A DNA stretch of 32,000 nucleotides, taken from Candidatus Altimarinota bacterium (GTDB taxonomy: Bacteria > Patescibacteriota > Gracilibacteria > UBA1369). Below, piece after piece: positions 16,484-24,531 of this stretch. Position 1 is the stretch's first letter. Each line of letters starts with the position of its first letter. The notes under the pieces were generated by a model that did not search any database, was not told where the DNA came from, and saw only the letters and a program-made list of their open reading frames with translations. The position numbers were made by a program, and so were the translations under genes. Location of the stretch: NCBI GenBank assembly GCA_041659405.1, contig JBAZYK010000010.1, positions 1-32,000 of the forward strand, given 5' to 3'.

Positions 16484-17602
16484 ATGCAAAAGCGGTTTTT
16501 GATTGTCAGTGACATTGAAATGGGGAAAAATGACGTGATGGATGATTTTTCGGATGATCATGTCTTCGCTCATTTTGTTGAGAAAATTCTGGAAAAAGAT
16601 AAAGGGGACGAGGAAGTTTTTTTGCTTTTGAATGGCGATATTTTTGATTTTTTGAAAATGGATTTTAGGGGGGAGCATACCCGTTATATTACCGAGGATG
16701 TTTCTTTGTGGAAGCTGGAAAATATTTTTGATGCTCATCCGGTGATGTTTGAGGCTTTGCGGGCCTTTTTGCAGAAGGAAAGTCATAAGATAATTTTTAT
16801 TATCGGGAATCATGATTTTGATTTGATTTGGCCAAAGGTTCAGGGAAAAATCGCCGGGCATCTGGGCAAAAAATCACAGGTTGGATTTACCTATAGTTTT
16901 GATTATGAAAAATTGCATGTTGAACATGGAAATATGCTGGATCCGTTTTTTTGCAATGATGTGAAAAAGCCTTTTGTAAGCCATAAAGGTCAGAAAGTTT
17001 TAAACTTGCCGGTGGGGGCATATGTGTTCTTTTCCGAATTGGCCCCGGTTAAGCGAAAATTTGCCAAAGAAGAGCAGTTTTATCCACGAGAAAAAATTGC
17101 CGATTTTTATCCGGAATATGGCGTGGAAATCACTAAGGTTATCAAACGATACTTTTGGAAGGGCGTGATGGAGCCCTGGATCCATTTAGCTGATCCGACT
17201 TATCGAATTAATTATCTTCCTTTTATAAAACATGTTTTAACCTTTGGGCTGGATTTTATTAATGATGAACGTTTTTTACCTTCCCGCCTGAATTCGTTAA
17301 GAAGACGTCATCCTAAAAAAGAAGTTTTTGTGACTGGGCATGCTCATCTTTTTAAAAATGTTGCTTTTCAGAAACAGCGGTTTTTTGTGACTGATACGTG
17401 GAGAAATGAATATGATTTGTTAAGGGAAGGGAATCCAAAAAAAGCAAAAACTTATGCGGAACTGCTTTTTGATAATGAAAATCTGATGCAGTCCGATTTG
17501 CATGTTTTTGATTTTAACGAAATTCCGCGCGAACATAGAACGGTTGAAATGGCTGATATTGAACTTAAAAAGACTGTTTTTGAAAAATTACCTAAGCTGT
17601 AG
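16484..17602 (+). CDS. Calcineurin-like metallophosphoesterase (LpxH/UDP-2,3-diacylglucosamine diphosphatase-like superfamily)
   Basis: LIVSDIEMG, LLLNGDIFDFL, IIGNHDFD, HVEHGNMLDP and FVTGHAHLF metal-binding motifs. Confidence 0.85.
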   Translation: MQKRFLIVSDIEMGKNDVMDDFSDDHVFAHFVEKILEKDKGDEEVFLLLNGDIFDFLKMDFRGEHTRYITEDVSLWKLENIFDAHPVMFEALRAFLQKESHKIIFIIGNHDFDLIWPKVQGKIAGHLGKKSQVGFTYSFDYEKLHVEHGNMLDPFFCNDVKKPFVSHKGQKVLNLPVGAYVFFSELAPVKRKFAKEEQFYPREKIADFYPEYGVEITKVIKRYFWKGVMEPWIHLADPTYRINYLPFIKHVLTFGLDFINDERFLPSRLNSLRRRHPKKEVFVTGHAHLFKNVAFQKQRFFVTDTWRNEYDLLREGNPKKAKTYAELLFDNENLMQSDLHVFDFNEIPREHRTVEMADIELKKTVFEKLPKL

Positions 17603-17608
17603 GGGAGT

Positions 17609-18142
17609 TTAAATTTCTGATAGTATTAGAATTAATTCTTGAATGAAGGCGGCATTTTTAGGAAGCATTGTGTCACGCGTATATTCGATGTCCGGGCGGT
17701 TTGTCAGCCTAAAACCTATTTTCCCAGATCCTGAATTAACACTACACTTCATGCCTTCTTCTCTGGCGATTCTATTTAGTTCGTGTATGAGTCTCATTGG
17801 GGTAATTGTTATTCCCATGATTGGAACCCTTGCAAGTTCTTGGATTGAAACGGCATCAGATTTTATGTTGATGGTGATTGGTTGAGGGCCTGTAGGTCTT
17901 TCAAAATGGGTAGAATTGGCAGATGGGATATTAACTATTTTGCAAAGAACATCTTTGTGATGAATGACTTGGCTGCTGTAGACTCCGGGGATTGGAGGTG
18001 TGGCGCTAATTGTGGTTGTCGTAATTGCACGTTCTCGCATTTGCTCCAGCATTGTTGAAAGTGGAGTGGGCGCGGGTGGTGGGGCCTTTGTGGGGGAGAG
18101 TTTCCGGGGTTCTGTGCCGTTGTGATCTTCTGGGCTTATCAT
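17609..18142 (-). CDS. Hypothetical protein, Pro/Thr-rich N-terminus, 177 aa
   Basis: Long open frame in an otherwise uncovered interval; no recognised domain. Confidence 0.5.
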   Translation of the reverse strand: MISPEDHNGTEPRKLSPTKAPPPAPTPLSTMLEQMRERAITTTTISATPPIPGVYSSQVIHHKDVLCKIVNIPSANSTHFERPTGPQPITINIKSDAVSIQELARVPIMGITITPMRLIHELNRIAREEGMKCSVNSGSGKIGFRLTNRPDIEYTRDTMLPKNAAFIQELILILSEI

Positions 18143-18368
18143 TGGTTCTAATAATTGAGCTTATTTTGTTGTATAGGTAGGCATTAAAATGGTGCCCAAT
18201 GGTCATTTAATCATAAAATGTTGTATTTGTCAAAGTGGCATCGGGTGAAAGGCGATTTTGTCTATAATTAAAGCCAAAATACGGGTTTTTTAAGTACGTA
18301 TTTGCGTTTGGATGGTTTTGAGAGATAATGCGGTAGCTGTTCAATTTCTGGGAGCTGCCTGTGGTAAT

Positions 18369-18444
18369 CGGAGTATAGCGCAGATGGTAGCGCGCACCCA
18401 TGGGGTGGGTGAGGTCGTGGGTTCAAATCCCACTACTCCGACCA
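18369..18444 (+). tRNA. tRNA-Pro (anticodon GGG), CCA encoded
   Basis: CGGAGTA/TACTCCG acceptor, CACCC-ATGGGGT-GGGTG anticodon arm, GTGGG-TTCAAAT-CCCAC T arm, ACCA 3' end. Confidence 0.95.
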
Positions 18445-18450
18445 AAATTT

Positions 18451-18476
18451 AAAACCCTTTTCCCGAAAAGGTTTTT
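18451..18476 (+). terminator. Rho-independent-like terminator after tRNA-Pro(GGG)
   Basis: AAAACCCTTTT-CCCG-AAAAGGTTTTT, one bulged C, directly downstream of the tRNA. Confidence 0.6.
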
Positions 18477-18589
18477 AAATTCGCGAAAAGGGCTATGTAT
18501 CGAAACTAATTAAGGTTTGAACTCATATTCAAAATAGCTTTTAGACTCGTCTTCTTCGTGTATAAATTTTAGATAAGTAAAGTTTTTCA

Positions 18590-18799
18590 TTAAAAGAAAT
18601 TACTGTCTTTTGCAGTGACTCTTTCCATTATAGGCATTTTTCCACTTTTTTTTGCTAATTTTTGCGCTTCTGCGTAGGCATCTTCAGGAAATGCACTGGA
18701 AAAGAGCACTTTCGGATTTGGGTCATCACCATGGAAAAGTATGTATAGGTTTTCATATTTAGATATGTTTTTTGGCCGACTGTATTGAATTGTTGTCAT
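18590..18799 (-). CDS. Hypothetical small protein, 69 aa
   Basis: ORF in an intergenic gap, plausible composition; no recognised domain. Confidence 0.45.
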   Translation of the reverse strand: MTTIQYSRPKNISKYENLYILFHGDDPNPKVLFSSAFPEDAYAEAQKLAKKSGKMPIMERVTAKDSNFF

Positions 18800-18968
18800 A
18801 TGTAAAATATAAATACATGCTTTAGTGTATTATACCCTATACTAAATAGTAAACTGTTTAAGTAAAAAAACGCTGGTCATGTGGCGTTTTATATTTTCTT
18901 TCTTGGTCTAAAAGCTCGTGGTTCGTATTTTGCGCCACCTTGCTGCCCTGGATGTGAAGTTTGGTAGG

Positions 18969-19976
18969 TCATGGGTGTGCGCTATTAATCGCCCTTTTTA
19001 TCATAAAATTTACGCCTGCCTGCATGTTGATTGGTTGGATTTTGATTTTTGGATATTTTGTTTTAAATACCCTGAAAACCTCGTCGGCAAAGGCTTGTCC
19101 TACGGTGGGGACATCGTTAAAGTCGAGAATAATGGTTTTGAATTTTTCCAGACCGGAGAGGACTCTTCTGGCTTGGGAACGTGAAATGTAGATTGTGCCC
19201 ATTGTGTACAACTTGATTAAAACTTCTGTTTTGTCGAATCCGTATTCTCCTGGGCTGCTTTGATAAGCCATAAAGACATCATTCAAATGTTTTTTTGTAT
19301 TAAGGTCTATGGAAAAAGTTACTTCTGTTCCGTGAATTCCTTTTTCATTTTTTTCGATGAAAACGTCGGGCAAGTTATTATCAACTGTTAATTTATAATC
19401 ATAACTGTTTAGCACAAATTTATCGGCAGTTTTGGAAGTAAAAAAAATGCCTTCACCGGAATGAGCTTTTGGGGCAGTGGTTACTTTTCCCTTTAATAAG
19501 TCTTGGATAGCCTCTTCTTCGTTTTTTAATTTACGTTTTTTCATGATGTTTCTGAAAACACCGACTCCGGAATCAATAACTTTAAATGTGAGCATGGTGT
19601 CTTCTTTTTGGACAGTAACCTGAATTTTTTTTGACTGTGAATGTTCGATGGCGTTGTTAAACATTTCAGAAAAGCCATAGGTGAAAATGCTTTGCAGGTT
19701 TTCCGGGAGCTGCTTCAGAAAATTATATTTTGACTCAAGCTCAATTAAGACCTTATGTTCTTCCAACCCTTTGTTTGTATATTCAATAGTTTGGTCCGGT
19801 ACATATCTTACGGATCGGCCCGCCCCAATTTGTTGTAATTTGCCTTGTTTAACCAGTTTTTTAAGATAGTTGGCGACTGTAACACGACTATATTTACCCT
19901 TGAGGGCTTTTTTAATTTCTCTGTTCGTAATTGGCTTACTGCGGGCCAGATCAAGGATAATTTTGTCGATTAGCAT
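18969..19976 (-). CDS. Winged-helix/GHKL ATPase/STAS-like (DUF4325) fusion regulator; track ORF extends to 20087 but start is likely at 19976
   Basis: HTH (KPITNREIKKALKGKYSRVTVANYLKKLVKQGKLQQIG); GHKL N-box (FSEMFNNAIEHS), G1 (VIDSGVGV), G2 (HSGEGIFFTSK), G3 (GTEVTFSI); C-terminal LSRSQARRVLSGLEKFKTIILDFNDVPTVGQAFADEVFRVF-like DUF4325 region (sequence begins ISRSQARRV). Upstream extension merely translates the repeat array. Confidence 0.85.
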   Translation of the reverse strand: MLIDKIILDLARSKPITNREIKKALKGKYSRVTVANYLKKLVKQGKLQQIGAGRSVRYVPDQTIEYTNKGLEEHKVLIELESKYNFLKQLPENLQSIFTYGFSEMFNNAIEHSQSKKIQVTVQKEDTMLTFKVIDSGVGVFRNIMKKRKLKNEEEAIQDLLKGKVTTAPKAHSGEGIFFTSKTADKFVLNSYDYKLTVDNNLPDVFIEKNEKGIHGTEVTFSIDLNTKKHLNDVFMAYQSSPGEYGFDKTEVLIKLYTMGTIYISRSQARRVLSGLEKFKTIILDFNDVPTVGQAFADEVFRVFKTKYPKIKIQPINMQAGVNFMIKRAINSAHP

Positions 19977-20052
19977 AATTGTAAAGTTAATCTGACTTAA
20001 TTGTAAAGCAACTTGGCCTAATTGTAAAGCGGTGATGGTGCTAATCGTTAAG
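19976..20052. promoter_or_regulatory. Iteron-like direct-repeat array upstream of the GHKL/STAS-like regulator
   Basis: TAATTGTAAAG at 19976-19986, 19998-20008 and 20019-20029, degenerate TAATCGTTAAG at 20042-20052; start spacing 22, 21 and 23 bp. Confidence 0.8.
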
Positions 20053-20132
20053 CTCGGTTGGTGTAAAGGGTCATAATCTTGACGCAAAATGGTTTAATCG
20101 TTATGGTGATTAGCACCTGTAATGAATAATTA

Positions 20133-21881
20133 ATGTCTGCGACACATACTACAAATAGAAAATCTTCTGAAGCGAGTCTTTTTGAGCTCCTTAAGCCATA
20201 TGCTCTTTGGATATTGGTCATGATTTTATTGACTGTTTTGAGCAATGGTTTGAATTTGGCGGTGCCTAAAATTATTGCGAATGCCATTGATAGTTTTACC
20301 AAGGGCGATTTTGTTTTGCTGAATGTGATTATTGAGTTTTCCCTAGTGGCGCTGAGCATTTTTATTTTCACCTGTCTGTCCGGGATTGTTCAAACATATA
20401 CTTCCGAACGCGTTGCCAGGGATCTGCGTACGCAATTGGTAGCCAAAATTTCCATTCAGGATTATGCCTATATTCAACGCACCAATCCGGCAAAACTTTT
20501 AACCAATTTAACGTCCGATGTTGATGCGATAAAGTCGTTTGTGGCTCAGGCAATTGCTTCAATTATTTCTTCCGTTTTTTTAATTGTTGGCGCAAGTATT
20601 CTTTTACTTTTGATAAACTGGAGGCTTGCTCTTGCCGTTCTTGTGGCTGTGCCGTTGGTGGGGACGGCGTTTTATGTAATCTTTGGAAAAGTTCGAAAAT
20701 TATTCAGGAAGCAGCAGGAAGCCATTGATTGGCTGAATAAAGTTATTAATGAAAGTATTTTGGGGGCGGGACTTATCCGACTTTTAAATTCGGAACAATA
20801 CGAATATCAAAAATTTCTGGATGCGAATACCGAAGCGAAAAACATTGGATTCGGTATTTTACGCCTTTTTGCCAGCCTGATTCCCGTGATTACTTTTGTG
20901 ACCAACCTGGCAATTTTGACGATTTTGGCACTGGGTGGCCATTTTGTGATTAGCGGAAGTATGAGTCTTGGTGAATTTACGGCGTTTAACAGTTATCTTT
21001 CCATTCTGATTTTTCCAATCATGATTATTGGTTTCATGAGTAATGTGATTGCGCAGGCGTCGGCTTCATATCAACGAATTAATGAGGTGATTAAGGCTGA
21101 ACATAAAAAAGACACCGGGCATCTTACAACAAAGTTGCATGGTGATATTGAAGTGAAAAATGTGTGTGTATCTTTTGGTGAAAAAATGGCGCTTAAGGAT
21201 GTTTCTTTTAAAGTTAAGGCTGGGACGAAAACGGCAATTATTGGGCCAACTGCCGCCGGGAAAACGCAGCTGCTTTATTTACTGACCGGGTTGCTTGAGC
21301 CAACTTCCGGAATAGTGGAATATGATGGAAAATCGGTTGATCAATATGTGAAACAGTCGCTGCATCAACAGGTTGGGTTTGTGTTTCAGGATAGTGTTAT
21401 TTTTAATCTGACACTTAGGGAAAATATTGCCTTTAGCAATACGGTGAAGGATAAAGATATTCAAAAAGCCATTGATACGGCCGAGCTACATAACTTTATT
21501 AATGGGCTTCCGGACAAACTTGATACTGTGGTTTCTGAACGTGGAACCAGCCTTTCCGGAGGCCAAAAACAGCGCATCATGCTTGCCAGGGCTTTGGCTC
21601 TGAATCCAAAAGTTTTGCTGCTTGATGATTTTACCGCGCGTGTTGATACCGGTACCGAACAAAAAGTTTTGCAAAATGTTCAGAAAAATTATCCGGATAT
21701 TACTTTGGTTTCGGTCACTCAGAAAATTTCTTCCATAGAACATTACGATCAAATTATTCTTTTAATGGAGGGGGAAATATTGGCTACAGGTAGGCATCTT
21801 GAACTTATGCAGAAATCACCGGAATATGTCCAAATTTATAACTCTCAACAAAGTACAAATAATTATGAATTACGCACTTAA
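20133..21881 (+). CDS. ABC transporter, fused permease/ATP-binding exporter subunit
   Basis: TM domain; Walker A-like GPTAAGKTQLL, LSGGQKQRIMLARAL signature, VLLLDDFTARVD. Confidence 0.93.
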   Translation: MSATHTTNRKSSEASLFELLKPYALWILVMILLTVLSNGLNLAVPKIIANAIDSFTKGDFVLLNVIIEFSLVALSIFIFTCLSGIVQTYTSERVARDLRTQLVAKISIQDYAYIQRTNPAKLLTNLTSDVDAIKSFVAQAIASIISSVFLIVGASILLLLINWRLALAVLVAVPLVGTAFYVIFGKVRKLFRKQQEAIDWLNKVINESILGAGLIRLLNSEQYEYQKFLDANTEAKNIGFGILRLFASLIPVITFVTNLAILTILALGGHFVISGSMSLGEFTAFNSYLSILIFPIMIIGFMSNVIAQASASYQRINEVIKAEHKKDTGHLTTKLHGDIEVKNVCVSFGEKMALKDVSFKVKAGTKTAIIGPTAAGKTQLLYLLTGLLEPTSGIVEYDGKSVDQYVKQSLHQQVGFVFQDSVIFNLTLRENIAFSNTVKDKDIQKAIDTAELHNFINGLPDKLDTVVSERGTSLSGGQKQRIMLARALALNPKVLLLDDFTARVDTGTEQKVLQNVQKNYPDITLVSVTQKISSIEHYDQIILLMEGEILATGRHLELMQKSPEYVQIYNSQQSTNNYELRT

Positions 21882-23622
21882 TAATTCCGGTAAAAGTGGA
21901 GGAAAAGTAACGCTTGGAATGGCGCTGAAAAAACTTGTGCCATTTTTGGCCGGCGAAAAAAGGAATGTGATTGTGGCTTTTATCGCGATTGTCATTAACG
22001 CAACGTCAAATTTGCTTGGGCCGATTATTATTGGCTATACGGTCGATAATTATATTCAGACCAAAAATTTTCAGGGCGTTTTGATTTTTGTGGCTATTCT
22101 TTTGGGAATATATGTTGCCGGATTGATTGCGATTTATGTGCAGACAATTACCATGGGTGGTGTTGGTCGAAGGGTTCTTTTTAATTTGAGGAATGCCATT
22201 TTTACAAAATTGCAGGAGCTTCCTGTGGCTTTTTTTAATCAAAACAAAGCAGGTGATCTGATTTCAAGAATTAATAACGATACCGATAAATTGAATCAGT
22301 TTTTTGCCCAGGCGTTGATGCAGTTTGTAGGGAGTTTCTTTATGATTGTTGGTGCGGGAATATTTTTATTAAGTTTGAATATACGGCTTGGTGTTGCGGC
22401 AGTCTTGCCGGCGCTTGGGGTAGTGGTAGTTACACAAGTTCTTTCCGCATGGGTGAAACGGAAAAATCTGCAAAGTTTGCAGAGTCTTGGTGGAATGAGC
22501 GCTGAAATTCAGGAAAGTCTGGAAAATTTTAAAGTGATTGTTGCTTTTAATCGCCTTGATTATTTTAGAAAAAAATTTGACGAAGCCAATCAGAAAAATT
22601 ATGCAGTATCTATTTGGGCGGGCATTGCCAGCAATATTTTTATCCCAATTTACAGTTTGGCTTCAAATATTGCGCAATTGGTGACACTTGCTTATGGAAT
22701 TTATTTGATTTCGCTGGGGAATTTTACGATTGGTTTGCTCATCGGCTTTTTGCTCTATGTAAATAGTTTTTATGGGCCTTTACGCCAACTTGGAGCTTTA
22801 TGGGCATCGCTACAGCTTGCGTTGGCGGCGCTTGATCGTATTTCTGAAGTGCTTGCTCTTAAATCCAACATGGAAGTGATTTCGGCGCATCATGTTAAGT
22901 CTGATTTTTTGTTGGAGTTTAGAAATGTGAGTTTTGCTTATTCCGACGAAAAAATGGTTTTGAAAAATATTCAGCTCGGGCTTAAAAAGGGCCATACTTA
23001 CGCGTTTGTGGGTCCAACCGGTGGAGGGAAAACAACTACGGCTTCTTTGATGGCGCGACTTTATGATCCGATTGAAGGAGTTATTTTACTAGATGGTAAA
23101 GATCTTCGTTCCTATAAACCCGCAGAACGTTCAAAGAAAATTGGCTTTATTCTGCAGGAGCCTTTTCTTTTTACCGGAACGTTGAAGGATAATATCTTGT
23201 ATGGCAATGAACAATATTTTAATCACACCAATGAGCAATTGCGTGAAATCTTGGAAAAACACGGGCTTTCAAGCCTGCTTGCCAGATTTGAGCAGGGACT
23301 TGATACCAAAATTGCAACAAGTGGGAATACCATCAGTCTGGGCCAAAAACAACTTATTGCTTTTATCCGCGCAGTGATGCGTGAACCGGAAATTTTGATT
23401 CTTGATGAAGCAACCGCGAATATCGATACCGTTACCGAACAGTTGCTCGAAGAAATCTTGAATAAATTGCCAAAAGAGACGACTAAAATTATTATCGCGC
23501 ATCGCTTAAATACAATAAGTAATGCTGATCAAATCTGCTTTGTGAATGGAGGAGAAATCACGCTGGCGGGTTCCATGGAGCATGCAATGGAAATGCTTTT
23601 ACATGGAAAAAGGAAGAGTTAA
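21865..23622 (+). CDS. ABC transporter, fused permease/ATP-binding exporter subunit (partner); track ORF starts at 21799
   Basis: Walker A GPTGGGKTTTA, ISLGQKQLIAFIRAVM signature-like, ILILDEATANIDT; likely start MNYALNNSGKSG at 21865, overlapping the first gene by 17 bp. Confidence 0.92.
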   Translation: MNYALNNSGKSGGKVTLGMALKKLVPFLAGEKRNVIVAFIAIVINATSNLLGPIIIGYTVDNYIQTKNFQGVLIFVAILLGIYVAGLIAIYVQTITMGGVGRRVLFNLRNAIFTKLQELPVAFFNQNKAGDLISRINNDTDKLNQFFAQALMQFVGSFFMIVGAGIFLLSLNIRLGVAAVLPALGVVVVTQVLSAWVKRKNLQSLQSLGGMSAEIQESLENFKVIVAFNRLDYFRKKFDEANQKNYAVSIWAGIASNIFIPIYSLASNIAQLVTLAYGIYLISLGNFTIGLLIGFLLYVNSFYGPLRQLGALWASLQLALAALDRISEVLALKSNMEVISAHHVKSDFLLEFRNVSFAYSDEKMVLKNIQLGLKKGHTYAFVGPTGGGKTTTASLMARLYDPIEGVILLDGKDLRSYKPAERSKKIGFILQEPFLFTGTLKDNILYGNEQYFNHTNEQLREILEKHGLSSLLARFEQGLDTKIATSGNTISLGQKQLIAFIRAVMREPEILILDEATANIDTVTEQLLEEILNKLPKETTKIIIAHRLNTISNADQICFVNGGEITLAGSMEHAMEMLLHGKRKS

Positions 23623-23715
23623 TATTGGCACGATTTTGAAGAGCGGGCGTTTGCAAAAAGAATTTGCGAGGGCTATATTCAAATATGGTTTTTTATTTGG
23701 TAATCGTTTGAAATT

Positions 23716-24510
23716 ATGGAAAATATAAGTGCACTTATGGATCTAAAAGGGAAGACGGCAATTGTTACAGGTGGGGCTTTGGGAATAGGGCTGGGTATTG
23801 TTTATAGGCTGGCGGAAGCGGGCGCTAATGTGGTTATTGCCAATAATGTAGAGGCGGCGGCTTTGGATGCGGTAAGAGATCTGACTGCAAAAAAATGGAA
23901 TGTTTCAGAAATTTTGACTGATGTTTCCAAAGAAGAGGATGTGAAAAAAATGGTTGAGTTTGCGGTTTCCACTTATGGCGCTGTTGATATTTTGGTAAAC
24001 AATGCGGGAATTTATCCTTCGGTGACTTTCGCGAATATGACATTGGCGGATTTTGAAAAAGTGATTAACGTGAATTTGAAAGGTGTTTTTTTGTGTGTGA
24101 AATATGTTTCGGAGCAGATGATCAAACAGGGGAAAGGTGGCAAAATTATTAATGTGACTTCGGTTGATGCGTTGCATCCTTCTTCGATTGGATTGGCCCA
24201 TTATGATGCTTCCAAGCATGGGGTTTGGGGATTTACCAAAAATGTGGCGCTGGAATTGGCACAACATAAAATTTGGGTAAACGCGATTGCTCCGGGGGCG
24301 ATATTAACTCCGGGGACACAGGTTCCTCAAAAAGAAAATACCGGCGTGGATATGAAAAAAATATTGGAAGTTTTTATGACTAAAATTCCAATGCACAGAA
24401 TGGGCGAGCCCGATGAAATCGGCAAAGTCGCGCTGTTTTTGGCGTCGGAGATGTCTTCTTATATGACAGGCTCCCAAATTGTGGTTGATGGTGGCGTTTT
24501 GTTGTCTTAG
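23716..24510 (+). CDS. Short-chain dehydrogenase/reductase, 3-oxoacyl-ACP reductase-like
   Basis: TAIVTGGALGIGLGI (TGxxxGIG), NNAG, S...YDASK catalytic motif, C-terminal SSYMTGSQIVVDGGVLL. Confidence 0.93.
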   Translation: MENISALMDLKGKTAIVTGGALGIGLGIVYRLAEAGANVVIANNVEAAALDAVRDLTAKKWNVSEILTDVSKEEDVKKMVEFAVSTYGAVDILVNNAGIYPSVTFANMTLADFEKVINVNLKGVFLCVKYVSEQMIKQGKGGKIINVTSVDALHPSSIGLAHYDASKHGVWGFTKNVALELAQHKIWVNAIAPGAILTPGTQVPQKENTGVDMKKILEVFMTKIPMHRMGEPDEIGKVALFLASEMSSYMTGSQIVVDGGVLLS

Positions 24511-24531
24511 CCAATCTTCCGGTAGCCTTAA

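Noticed and set aside
18207-18401. Minus ORF 18207..18401 (64 aa)
   Set aside because: Overlaps the start of tRNA-Pro(GGG), and its N-terminus MGARYHLRYTPITT is antisense tRNA sequence.
18918-19191. Plus ORFs 18918..19184 and 18961..19191
   Set aside because: Antisense to the C-terminal part of the DUF4325-like regulator; overlapping frames with no motifs.
19977-20087. N-terminal 37 residues of the track ORF 18969..20087 (MRQDYDPLHQ...ALQLGQVALQLSQINFTI)
   Set aside because: Residues ALQLGQVALQLSQINFTI are a translation of the direct-repeat array; an ATG at 19976 gives the natural start MLIDKIILDLARSK just before the HTH.
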